NCBI GenBank assembly: GCA_017454295.1
Contig: JAFTDF010000042.1
Span: forward strand, 484-64,483
Direction of reading: 5' to 3'
DNA: 64,000 nucleotides
Source of the DNA: Bacilli bacterium
Lineage (GTDB): Bacteria > Bacillota_I > Bacilli_A > RFN20 > CAG-826
Under the pieces are notes generated by a model. It saw only the letters and a list, made by a program, of their open reading frames with translations. It searched no databases and was not told the origin of the DNA. The position numbers and the translations under genes were made by a program. Below are positions 54,701 through 63,076 of the stretch, in pieces; the first letter of the stretch is position 1; the number at the start of each line of letters is the position of its first letter.

Positions 54701-55662
54701 AAGCCTGGGTAATCGTCTGGCATTTCGGTAATTTGACCGGACTCAATTTCGATTGGCACGTAATCCAGTTTTTCATCGGTCCGCCCTGTGGCAACATGGC
54801 GTTTACGCCAATTCACGTCAAAACCGGGATTGGTGCTATGGGTCGGTTCGGTGTCACCGGTGTAATAGAGGGTAAGCTTCTCGCATTCGGCAAACGCGAA
54901 TTCCCCTACTTCATTCATATTTTCCTCGAAGTAGCCAAGGGTCATGCTGGTGCAATCGGCAAAGGCGTATCGCCCAATCGTGATATTGTTAGTCCAAGCC
55001 GAAGCCGCGTTCTTCGAGGGGAAGAAGAAACTCATCATCTTCGAGCATTTCTGGAAGGCGCTTTCGCCGATGTTGACTAAAGAAGAGGGGCACGGGAACG
55101 ATAAAAGGCTCTCGCAGTTGGTAAAGGCATGATCTCCCACTATGGTGATTTTCGAATTGGAGGTCGTCGTCCCACCAGAGCCGTTGCTGTAATTAACCCG
55201 TTCCAAAGCGCGGTCATCTAAGAATGTGGACGGGGCGATTTCCGTCACCTTCGTGGGGAAGGTAAACGACTGAAGATTCAAACAATAAGCAAAAGCTTCC
55301 GGTCGAATCTCCTCAACAGTGTTGGGAACGGTGACCGTTTCGAAATCGCAGCCACGGAATCCGCCTTCTACGATGGCTTTAACGGTATAAGGGGTACCGC
55401 TAACCGTAATGGTTTGAGGGATCGAGTGATTGGTATCCGTGTCCGCGGACCCCTTGTTCCATCCAACGGCAATCCCGCTGGCATCGCCGGTGATGCGGTA
55501 ACACTTATATTTGTCATCTGGCGAAGTGAAAGAACCGGTGGTGTCGATAATCAACTCCGTCGCAATCACGCCGAGCGAAGCGGCGCCAAAAGAAATCACC
55601 GATAAAATTAGAACGAGCCATGGAACGACTCGCTTGGATAGCTTTTTGCCAAAAATCCTCAT
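51736..55662 (-). CDS. Giant BspA-type leucine-rich-repeat surface protein (1308 aa)
   Basis: Many repeats of the form I(G/P)..AF..C..L..(I/F).(I/L)P..(V/L) (for example AFAYCLNLQSFTFP, AFTNCESLLSFPCP, AFQKCSKMMSFFFP). Ordinary N-terminal signal/anchor. ATGA overlap with the upstream gene. Confidence 0.8.
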   Translation of the reverse strand: MRIFGKKLSKRVVPWLVLILSVISFGAASLGVIATELIIDTTGSFTSPDDKYKCYRITGDASGIAVGWNKGSADTDTNHSIPQTITVSGTPYTVKAIVEGGFRGCDFETVTVPNTVEEIRPEAFAYCLNLQSFTFPTKVTEIAPSTFLDDRALERVNYSNGSGGTTTSNSKITIVGDHAFTNCESLLSFPCPSSLVNIGESAFQKCSKMMSFFFPSKNAASAWTNNITIGRYAFADCTSMTLGYFEENMNEVGEFAFAECEKLTLYYTGDTEPTHSTNPGFDVNWRKRHVATGRTDEKLDYVPIEIESGQITEMPDDYPGLYYTIETANIPFDQATTGTAAGSKTIQNNPGTYAKIFKFETPNRTIPGYYDVASGALTIPNQLKDSNGTNRTVKVLDSNSFAANEDIRSVTFNSGLVQIRNRAFYNCLNISALNFSSCTSLLEVSYEVFQGKTGSVPNTLLTSLRLPKCLKYIGAYSFYDFRAVSEFSFMANDSDSPGDLQTVFIGRYAFANLGYNCTENGDGTGKGTGEVDLYISPRLHENTCGNMKPTNLDGNKRPEETYETWTSPVLPYAFKGANCLRSVQVWNKNVSTGTKPRSSFGMSTFENCKSLLRFVSNKNFCYVGQNCFKGCVAIRELFFYVSSLVSGVDQKYTLWGNNNGSGTFGAPIFGNYSTNAAEQFSYPDAVIYVDKAQSSIHSSNQETGVGRWWNADPSECYRDQFGSTSSASLASLRRTIPTYYGVSCDDTGDVITWTNGVEYLDLTDNSLNTSINDSHNTVAFVKSGNNYIATRCYCVSDQSIVDLTLNTTLNPKIIEIGSGCFGQAAGEPIPGNTVILPTSVTTIGERAFFRHNTGTTNTSGVQFVTYKDNNDTPVSVAGKSGYCVLPNSVTRIEALAFFNNRFAALDIEGDVAFLGTGAFSVMPNASALIDDVSLATNTNSFALQDDGIYYTGSGKETLLSQTANSTGTCAVTSGTAAIAPHALANTAYTKISIPATVSTIYGSAMSHNAALTEIEIPVNSQIRFIGSGYASDYSGLIESSRFDVIQRAGNTGKDNWEKYANYGTSLGAVRKNPNLTTVDFTRMTHIEKIGFGAFEECPKLANLTGGAAYSYFKWNGDKTALVPFDANAREKTTGILDLSGCTSLRSIGQSAFKNCKAIQYIHLPNSDSLYVGCDPDLLPESGIKDDMQGVTESNKKPKVTSPFTGLNNGSAILVGQKADIACENGSRTGDNVKRYPNGAFIDQNTAYFPFSVSEDLLKGSTSTRYWTTLDTGSASDKWFLLCNSKADADAWVGKTSEQKAALITAISA

Positions 55663-58600
55663 CCTCCGCCACCTCCTGCTTCAGGCCATGACTTCGTTGT
55701 TGCGGTGTAATGTTTCGAGTTCAAGTAATATGAAGGCGAAGATGCTCGGCAATAAGCGAGGACGCTCGTGGTGCAGGCATTGCCTTCAGTATGGTTGAAA
55801 AGCAGTTGAATATCCCCAGAAGCATGGGTCGTCACTTCCATCTTCCCAGGAGTGTTATCGAAATAAGCCCGGAACGAGAATTCCGCCTTATTCAAATTCT
55901 CTTGGATGATTGGATCGGCATCTAAGCCGGTGTTGGATCGCAAGAAATCGATGGGCTTGGCCGTTCCGCCGATGGAAATGATGTCGGCAGCCCCAAGTTC
56001 GGCGGTGCTTTGGCCTTGGACGGCAAGGAAATAAAGATTCGCGGAATTGCCGCCTTGATTGGATTTGCCGGAAGCGCCAATGATATAGTCGCCATGCGGC
56101 AAGGTGAAAATATGGGCATATAGAACCCCAGAATCGGTCATGTTGCCTTCTACCGTATTATCGATAGCGGTCGCCGTCGTTCCTTCTTCGAAATCGTATT
56201 TGAAGTAACGATGGGAATCCATGGCACCCGTGTTTCTGGATTTCATCGTATAGCATTCTTTGATGTCGTTGGTGGATTTGGTGGGATCAAAACTATAGAT
56301 GCCGATGTCGTTGCCATTACCGACCACAGAGACGTTGGCAAAGGCGCTTTCGATGCGGAAGACAATGGAGTTGGCCGGATAGTAACGGGTTCCCTCCGAG
56401 GTTTCAAAGCGAGCCTTCCCTTGATCCGGCTTTTTAATCGGCATGTAAGAGGAGAGTGCATTAATCGGCTCATTCAAAGAGGAACGGAACATAAACCCGA
56501 AGCGGGAAGACCCGATTTCGACCGGTTGGTTTTCTTGGTCTCTGAGCTTCGAATAAAGGTAGGTTTGCAAGAACGGGCTGTCGGTATTGAACATGTAGTT
56601 TTTGCCGACCGGTTTGTTTTCTTCGGCAAGATCCAATTCGAACACATAGTTAAAGTCCCGAGAGAATGGGTAATCGAAGGAATGGATATCGGGGTATTCA
56701 AAATTCGGATAAGAAGGCAAAGTCGTGGCTTTTTGCGGGTAATTCGAGCCCGTCCATCCAGCGAAACCGGTTCTGGTCCAATCGCATTCCGCGGTGGAGA
56801 AATATACTTTGGTTTTCGGGGTTGAGCCGTTGATGATTTGACATTGCCCCATATTGTCACGCCAATAGGTGCCATAGGCGCCAGAGGCGGCGGCATCGTT
56901 TTTGGTGGTCACCAATTTAAAGACCCCCATGCCGCGGTCAATCCCGTTCTCTTTGTCGTCTTGGATGATCTTATTCCAAAGGAAGTCGACAGATTGGAAT
57001 TTGCTGAGTTGATTTTCCGGTATCGTATAATTGCTGCCAAACCCAGGGGGAATATCCGCTCTTTCCTCAGAGGTGAAATCCGAAATATCAAATGAGGTGA
57101 CGTAATGGACCGGATCGGCCTCGTCGTGGCGAAGGAATTCTTTGTAACGGTCAAAGGTTAAGCTCTCCGCCAAATGGTCTCCCGTCGCGGATCCACCTTC
57201 TTGCCCATAGGAAACGAAGTACTTGGTGTTGGACGAGGAATCGGTCGGGGAGCCGGCGAACGCGGCGTCTCCAGCATTAAAATCCGAACGAATCATAGAA
57301 TAGATACGGGTAAAGTTCATAACACCGGTGTCACCATGATCGGTCAAACCAAAATCAGGATTGATTTCGTTGATTAAGCTCGAATCCATTTCCCCAACCA
57401 AGCCGGTGTCGGTTTCGGTGGGGGTTTTCACATTGTCGGTTTGGTTGAATTTGAGTGTTCCGCCAAAGACGTAGCAATAGGTCATTTGCCCGTCGAGGTG
57501 GCCGGCCAAAAAGCCGATGTTGTTACCATGATGGTAATTGGGGGCACCTTCCCCGTGGAGATAATCGCAATAAATGTCGAGCGAGTATTTTCCTTCTTCC
57601 CAAGTTGTGCCGTTGGAAAGGAAAGAGAGCGTGTAACTTTGAATCACTCGGGAGAACGTCACACCCAAGCTCACCGGACGCACCGAGGCCACCAAATAAA
57701 TGCGGGTCCGGACTTCTTTTAGAGCCCCGGAGTTGAAATCTTTGGAATCCTTCAAAGGCCCAAGATCAATCCCCATGACTTCATCAAGTTTGCCGTCGCC
57801 ATCGACGTCACGCTGTTCTTTCTTCAGGAAGCCAATGGAAGAACGCCACTCATAGGTGAAGGGATCATCAGGGTGGGCCGTTTTGCTTGGGAACACGGGC
57901 TTAAACCAGCCTTTGGCGTATTTGGTATAGTCCGCGGCCGTGGTTTGACTTTCCCCGGCGCTTTCTAAATTGCTGGGATTATTGATGTAACTGCGGTGGG
58001 TCATGCCGTCTCGCTTTTTTAGCGAAACGCTACCCCGGGTATCGTCATATAAGAGCAAATCCGCTTCCGAAGCGAAATAGTCGGCATCGTCATAAAGGGG
58101 ATTCACCGCCGTGGCAAAATCGTCGACGTCCGCGGAGAACAAAACATTGTCATCGTCCCCTTCCGTGGGGTTATAACCGGTCGACTCGATGGTGATATCC
58201 TGCGTGATGACGTTATGGACGTATCCCTCCTGGGAAATGTAGCCAAACATGCCGATATCTTCCGGATTGCCGGCGATATGCAGGTTTTTGATAACGATAT
58301 CGTTGCCGCGGAATTCGCCGCAAAACGGGGTCCCTTCGCTGCCGATCGGCAATAACGTCCCTTCCCAAGCGCTCATATCCAAGTATTTGACCGGACGGTT
58401 ATCCTCGAGGCAATAGAACCCGGGGACGAAATCGTCGATCCCCTCAAACTCCGTGAAATAGTGACCCATCTGCCATACGCTGGGGGTTCCATACATGCCA
58501 AGGCTTTGCAACCGGGTGAGGTTATATAAGTGATTCGGGCTGGTGATTTCATAAGGGTGGGCTGGGGTGCCGTCTCCGGTGTAGTAATAACTGCGAAGCC

Positions 58601-58733
58601 CAATCTCCCCGTCGACGACATTGGTTTGGCCCCCGGGAAGCAAGAACCAAGCCATGCTAACGGTCAATGCGAAAACCGGTACCAAGATGGCAACAAGCGA
58701 TGCAAGAATGCCCCTGATTGCGTATTTGTTCAT
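55659..58733 (-). CDS. Giant secreted adhesin-like protein (1024 aa) with a SipW/TasA-type signal motif
   Basis: N-terminus ...LVPVFALTVSMAWFLLPGG, then AHPYEITSPNHLYNLTRLQ and PFCGEFRGNDIVIKNLHIAGNPEDIGMFGYIS. Paralogue of 30802-34680. Confidence 0.7.
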   Translation of the reverse strand: MNKYAIRGILASLVAILVPVFALTVSMAWFLLPGGQTNVVDGEIGLRSYYYTGDGTPAHPYEITSPNHLYNLTRLQSLGMYGTPSVWQMGHYFTEFEGIDDFVPGFYCLEDNRPVKYLDMSAWEGTLLPIGSEGTPFCGEFRGNDIVIKNLHIAGNPEDIGMFGYISQEGYVHNVITQDITIESTGYNPTEGDDDNVLFSADVDDFATAVNPLYDDADYFASEADLLLYDDTRGSVSLKKRDGMTHRSYINNPSNLESAGESQTTAADYTKYAKGWFKPVFPSKTAHPDDPFTYEWRSSIGFLKKEQRDVDGDGKLDEVMGIDLGPLKDSKDFNSGALKEVRTRIYLVASVRPVSLGVTFSRVIQSYTLSFLSNGTTWEEGKYSLDIYCDYLHGEGAPNYHHGNNIGFLAGHLDGQMTYCYVFGGTLKFNQTDNVKTPTETDTGLVGEMDSSLINEINPDFGLTDHGDTGVMNFTRIYSMIRSDFNAGDAAFAGSPTDSSSNTKYFVSYGQEGGSATGDHLAESLTFDRYKEFLRHDEADPVHYVTSFDISDFTSEERADIPPGFGSNYTIPENQLSKFQSVDFLWNKIIQDDKENGIDRGMGVFKLVTTKNDAAASGAYGTYWRDNMGQCQIINGSTPKTKVYFSTAECDWTRTGFAGWTGSNYPQKATTLPSYPNFEYPDIHSFDYPFSRDFNYVFELDLAEENKPVGKNYMFNTDSPFLQTYLYSKLRDQENQPVEIGSSRFGFMFRSSLNEPINALSSYMPIKKPDQGKARFETSEGTRYYPANSIVFRIESAFANVSVVGNGNDIGIYSFDPTKSTNDIKECYTMKSRNTGAMDSHRYFKYDFEEGTTATAIDNTVEGNMTDSGVLYAHIFTLPHGDYIIGASGKSNQGGNSANLYFLAVQGQSTAELGAADIISIGGTAKPIDFLRSNTGLDADPIIQENLNKAEFSFRAYFDNTPGKMEVTTHASGDIQLLFNHTEGNACTTSVLAYCRASSPSYYLNSKHYTATTKSWPEAGGGGG

Positions 58734-58763
58734 ACCGGTATTCGTTTAACCTCCCTTCGTGCC

Positions 58764-59705
58764 TTAAGAAATCGTGAATGAGAAAAAATAATCGTAGATC
58801 GCCCGAATCCGATGGTCGCTGGTCACGGCTTCGCGGAATTGTTTCAGCTCTTCCGGGGCATAATTGACGTTGATATAAGCCACCGCTTCATAGGGTTCTT
58901 CTTCCGCGGGCTCAACGAAATCGATCCCCACTTGATCCCCAATCACGGCGACACGGGAGACATCGTCTTCATAGAAGTTCACGTGGCTAGCTTCTAAGGA
59001 CGATAAATACGAAATCTTATAATAAACTTTCTCCAGCTCAGTCAGCTCCCGAGTCAAATAAGAGGGGATGTATTTGGTATAGGTTTCGGTATCCTCGTCA
59101 TAAAGCGGGTTTTCCGTTTCTCCCGTTTCCGCCAAATCTTCCGGAGTGTAAATATCGAAGTCGACGCAGGTAGAAAGCAAGGTTTCGTCTTCTTCGGGCG
59201 ATCGATCGGGCAGTTTCACAGCAGCGGCCCTTAAGTCCGCTAGCGACGTAAACTCGTTGGAGGAGAACGTCACTTCGAAAATCGCATTGGAATTGAAATC
59301 GATTAACGGGGTCCCTTGGATGAATGTTTCCAATGGATCATAGAGATTCATCACATCCACCTTCACCCATTCGTCGTCAACGGTTTCCCCAAAGGAAGGC
59401 GGCTCGCCTTCAAAATCGTAATAGAAGCCCTTGACGTAATAATGGTTATCCCCGGATTTATTGGGGCGGGTATAGTCGATGCCGCCGATACCATCATCGG
59501 GGAACACGAATTTAATCAAGCGAACGCTTTTAATGCTGGCATTGCGGTTCATGACTTGGAACTGCGATGCCTGGGCAGCGGCGTCGGTTTGGGACATAAA
59601 CCAAGCGAAAGTTCCACCGAAAGCAGAGAGTAACGATAAAACCAGCGTCGTCGTGGCTGCGACGATGGTCCGGATTCCTTTTCTTGACCCTTTGTTCTCT
59701 TTCAT
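58764..59705 (-). CDS. Secreted protein (313 aa) with a SipW/TasA-type signal motif; partner of the giant adhesin
   Basis: N-terminus ...LVLSLLSAFGGTFAWFMSQ. First gene after riboswitch copy 1. The C-terminus resembles that of 34682-35539. Confidence 0.65.
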   Translation of the reverse strand: MKENKGSRKGIRTIVAATTTLVLSLLSAFGGTFAWFMSQTDAAAQASQFQVMNRNASIKSVRLIKFVFPDDGIGGIDYTRPNKSGDNHYYVKGFYYDFEGEPPSFGETVDDEWVKVDVMNLYDPLETFIQGTPLIDFNSNAIFEVTFSSNEFTSLADLRAAAVKLPDRSPEEDETLLSTCVDFDIYTPEDLAETGETENPLYDEDTETYTKYIPSYLTRELTELEKVYYKISYLSSLEASHVNFYEDDVSRVAVIGDQVGIDFVEPAEEEPYEAVAYINVNYAPEELKQFREAVTSDHRIRAIYDYFFSFTIS

Positions 59706-59707
59706 GA

Positions 59708-59826
59708 AAAACCAGTCTGCAATGAATCAACTTAGGTTTCCCCAAGCTTTCTTTGGCAGCTGGCTGTCTTATTCAAGACCCTTTAGCATTGCGTCGCCAG
59801 ATTACTCTGGTTTTGCTTTTGACGAT
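59708..59826 (-). promoter_or_regulatory. c-di-GMP-I (GEMM-I)-like riboswitch, copy 1
   Basis: The minus strand reads GTCAAAAGCAAAACC-AGA-GTAA-TCT-GGCGACGCAATGC-TAAAGGGTCT-TGAATA-AGACAGCCAGCTGCC. A hairpin follows (CCAG-CTGC / GCAG-A-CTGG) with TTTTT abutting the ATG at 59705. Confidence 0.8.
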
Positions 59827-59830
59827 TCCT

Positions 59831-59858
59831 ATTTTAGGAAACTCGATTTCCATGTAAA
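59831..59858 (-). promoter_or_regulatory. Promoter upstream of riboswitch copy 1
   Basis: The minus strand reads TTTACA-N16-TAAAAT, immediately upstream of the aptamer. Confidence 0.6.
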
Positions 59859-59917
59859 GCGCTTTCTTTACAAGAAAATAGATTTTTTCATGGCCGCTTT
59901 TTTTAGTCCAGGTCAGC

Positions 59918-59945
59918 AAAAAACGTCTTCTTTCTAAAGAAAGAC
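59918..59945 (-). terminator. Rho-independent terminator after the diguanylate cyclase gene
   Basis: The minus strand reads GTCTTTCTTTAGAAAGAAGAC followed by GTTTTTTGC. Confidence 0.65.
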
Positions 59946-60000
59946 TCTCTAAAACTACATGGATATTTGTAGTTTCCAAAAAGGAAACCGTAACAACTGT

Positions 60001-61074
60001 CTATTTTTTGATTCCCGCCGCGTCTTTGCCGCTGCGCTTGATGATGTAAACCTCTTTATCGGCTTCGCGAATAAAGGCGTCGAGATCCTCGGGAGAACGG
60101 AGATGGCCACAATAGGCACCGACGGAGCAACTCATTTTTAAGTCGGGAGCGTCTTCTAAGTGAATCGCTTTGACTGCGGCCACCATTTGGTTGCCGATTT
60201 CCAGCAAATCATGAGCCGAGGTGTTTTCTTGGATGATCAAGAATTCATCGCCCCCGAAACGGATCACCTCGCTGGCGTTGGAAGTGGCTAAGGCCTGCCC
60301 CACTGCCATTAAGGCAAGGTTGCCAATCGGATGGCCATAGGTATCGTTGATGTGCTTTAAATCATCGACGTCGATAAAGAGGACGCCAAGTTGTTCCTTC
60401 TCGTCGATATGGAGGGTTTTCTTATATTCCACCAAGAACGAATGATTATGCAGTCCCGTCAAGGAATCGGTAAAGGCGAGCTCCCGGAAGCGGCGTTGGT
60501 TTTCTAGCAAGGTGGCGTTGATATGGGAAGTCGCTAACGCGGAGATGACACCGAGGATAAAACCGGTGAGGAACACCATAAAAAAGACAAGCTTAAACGG
60601 CCCATCGAGCATGGTGTTGTTTTGCTGGGTTTGGGGAAGTAGCAAGAACACCGAAGTCTCGATGAAATAAACGATGGCCGCGGTAAACCCAGGCAAGAAA
60701 TCCAAGAAGAGCATCGCCGAGACCCCGGCAATCGGGGCCCAGAACAAAATCGAGGGTACGTATTTAGCGGCAAATAAGAAGCACGTGCATACCCCAATGC
60801 TTAAGACCGTGGAGACCCAAGAAATGATATACGTGACCCGTTCGCTGCCTTGATAGGCGACGTGGAATATCGTGACGGGCAAGGAGAGTCCCGCGAGGGT
60901 TAAAAGGGCGGGGACTAGTGCCCAGTCTTTATACTGCACCATCAATATTCCCGCGACTAAGGCGGAGACGGTCAAAAGCACGAGCAACATCCCCACGCAA
61001 GCATGGAGACGTTTCCGGTGATCGGCGAAATACGTGCCGAAACGTTCTTTGAACGAAGTTGGTTTTCTTTTCAT
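60001..61074 (-). CDS. Membrane-bound diguanylate cyclase (intact GGDEF)
   Basis: About six TM segments, then FTDSLTGLHNHSFL...LFIDVDDLKHINDTYGHPIGNLAL...IRFGGDEFLII. The start was moved to MKRKPTSF at 61074. Confidence 0.85.
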   Translation of the reverse strand: MKRKPTSFKERFGTYFADHRKRLHACVGMLLVLLTVSALVAGILMVQYKDWALVPALLTLAGLSLPVTIFHVAYQGSERVTYIISWVSTVLSIGVCTCFLFAAKYVPSILFWAPIAGVSAMLFLDFLPGFTAAIVYFIETSVFLLLPQTQQNNTMLDGPFKLVFFMVFLTGFILGVISALATSHINATLLENQRRFRELAFTDSLTGLHNHSFLVEYKKTLHIDEKEQLGVLFIDVDDLKHINDTYGHPIGNLALMAVGQALATSNASEVIRFGGDEFLIIQENTSAHDLLEIGNQMVAAVKAIHLEDAPDLKMSCSVGAYCGHLRSPEDLDAFIREADKEVYIIKRSGKDAAGIKK

Positions 61075-61204
61075 GGGGTATGGCTCCGATAGAAATGGGT
61101 TTCGAATAATCCATTGTAATCTCCCGAGGCGTTTTTGTGAAACGAAACTCGCCCGCCGGGTTTCGGGTTCAACGCTTCGATTTGCTTTGTCGCTTAACGC
61201 GTTC

Positions 61205-61696
61205 TTATCGTTCAAAAGCGAGGCGGGGAGAGCCGTCGTGCCCCACCTTGATCGTGCCACGACACACAAACCCTTCTTTTCTCAGCAGGTTTTGCATCAC
61301 CCGGTTTTCCTCATGGGTATCGATACGGAGATGCTCCACAAAAGAGGATGCATAGGCGATCGCCAAGGAGCCAATTCCCTTCATTTTTCCGGAAGAGGCG
61401 ATTCGGTGAATCACCCCATAAGGACCTTGGTAAGCCCAAGCTCCCGTCACCATATGGACATAGGTGGGTTCCACCTCAACCCCGTAATCGAAAAAGAACG
61501 TTCCCACGATTTGACCCGCTTCTTCCACCACATAGTTTTTCCCTTGGGTGATGTCCTCACGGATGAGTGTTTCCGGGGGCCAGGCGTGGTCGCCCCATTG
61601 ATGGGGATTCCCCATGGACGCCATGAAATCGCGGGCCCGAACGAAGATGGCCATTAAGGCCGGCAAATCAGCAAGCGTTCCTTTGCGAATGGTCAT
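61205..61696 (-). CDS. GNAT-family N-acetyltransferase
   Basis: 163 aa. The acetyl-CoA loop region is RIASSGKMKGIGSLAIAYA. The start was moved to MTIRKG at 61696. Confidence 0.65.
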   Translation of the reverse strand: MTIRKGTLADLPALMAIFVRARDFMASMGNPHQWGDHAWPPETLIREDITQGKNYVVEEAGQIVGTFFFDYGVEVEPTYVHMVTGAWAYQGPYGVIHRIASSGKMKGIGSLAIAYASSFVEHLRIDTHEENRVMQNLLRKEGFVCRGTIKVGHDGSPRLAFER

Positions 61697-61896
61697 GTCC
61701 ACATCATAGAAGAAGATTTGTTTTTTCCTAGCAAAAATGCGCAAAAACGAATTCTTTTCGCAAAAACAACCCGCGTTTGCGGCCTTTTCTTTCTTATAGG
61801 CGCACGACCGCAAAAAAGAAAAGATTGAAAAGAAGCCCTGCGCCCGACACAATATGTGCGCAAATTAGGCACCACACATTACTAAGGAGGTTTGCC

Positions 61897-63060
61897 ATGT
61901 TTCCAATTTTCGCTTCGCTGGGCGATGACCTACTGAAGGCGATGTCCAATCAAACCCTATGGACCAACATCGTCAAGACGGTCGTTTTCATCGCCCTCGG
62001 CTTCATCTTCACCAAGAAGAAGCTGCTTCCCGATTCCACCGGGAAAGTCCTCACCCGCTTCGTCATGGGGGTCTGTCTCCCTTGCTTAGCCTTCTGCTCA
62101 TTCATGAAGGACTTCACCGTCACCGAAGGGGTCGGTGCCATCGTCAACTTCGTCCTTGGCTTCGTCTTCTACATCCTCTTCATCTTCATCGGTAAGCTCG
62201 TCTTCCTCTGGGTCAAAGACAAAGACAAACGAGAAGTCTTAGCCGTTTTATTCGCCTTTGGTTCCACCACCTTCTTCGCCTATCCGCTCATCAGCTCCAT
62301 CTATGGTTCCACCGCGGGCAACTACTTCAACATCATGAACGTGGCCTACCGCGTCTTCCTCTATAGCTACGCCTATGTCGTCGTCTCCGGCATCAAACTG
62401 GGCAAAAAGAAAGAACCCTTGCAGGAAGGAGAACCTTCCATCTCCACCAAAGAGATCTTGAAGAAAGTCTTCCTCAACCCCATTCTTCTTGCCACTTTCG
62501 CCGGTTTGCTCCTTTGGGTCCTCCAAGCCATCCCCGGCGTCAACTTCATCACCGCCGATCCCTATTCCGGGAAAGAAATCGCCAATGGCGTCGCCTTCTG
62601 GCGTTTCGATGTGACCTTGCCTTGGTTCTATCAAGCCGCCAATACCTTGGGCGGCCTCTCCTCCACCATCATCTTATTCGCCATCGGGTGCACCCTCGGT
62701 GCCGGCTCCATTAAGGAAGCCGCGGGCGATAAATACGCTTGGATCTGGACCGCGATAAAGGTCTTCCTCGCTCCCGCCATCGTCTTGGGCATCCTCTTCG
62801 CCGTCGAAGGCATTGCCAAAGCCGCCGGCTACGCACAACTCATCACCATCGAAACCGTCCAATCCTCGGTCCTCACCTGGCTCGTACCGCCTGCCACCGT
62901 GGCCGTTGGCTATTGCATCAACTTCGATCGCCAGAAAGAAATGGCGTCCCATATCTCGCTGATCTCCACTTTTGGTGCCGTCGTCGGCGTCGTCATCTGG
63001 GTCATCTTGCTCGTCGTGGTCGAATCCCTTGGGTTCTTCCCCGCGATCGTGGCTGCTTAA
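61897..63060 (+). CDS. AEC-family (auxin efflux carrier-like) membrane transporter
   Basis: About 10 TM segments in a two-halves architecture. RBS AAGGAGG precedes the ATG at 61897. Confidence 0.6.
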   Translation: MFPIFASLGDDLLKAMSNQTLWTNIVKTVVFIALGFIFTKKKLLPDSTGKVLTRFVMGVCLPCLAFCSFMKDFTVTEGVGAIVNFVLGFVFYILFIFIGKLVFLWVKDKDKREVLAVLFAFGSTTFFAYPLISSIYGSTAGNYFNIMNVAYRVFLYSYAYVVVSGIKLGKKKEPLQEGEPSISTKEILKKVFLNPILLATFAGLLLWVLQAIPGVNFITADPYSGKEIANGVAFWRFDVTLPWFYQAANTLGGLSSTIILFAIGCTLGAGSIKEAAGDKYAWIWTAIKVFLAPAIVLGILFAVEGIAKAAGYAQLITIETVQSSVLTWLVPPATVAVGYCINFDRQKEMASHISLISTFGAVVGVVIWVILLVVVESLGFFPAIVAA

Positions 63061-63076
63061 TAAGGGGTAATTAATT

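Noticed and set aside
61075-61204. A possible fifth GEMM-like element upstream of the GGDEF cyclase (minus strand GCGACAAAGCAAATCGAAGCG...)
   Set aside because: Only the ACAAAGCAAA stretch resembles the aptamer start. The GACGCAAAGC core and the AGCCAGYTGCC 3' strand are absent. It is more likely a GNAT-gene terminator-like hairpin (CGAAAC...GTTTCG) plus a spacer.
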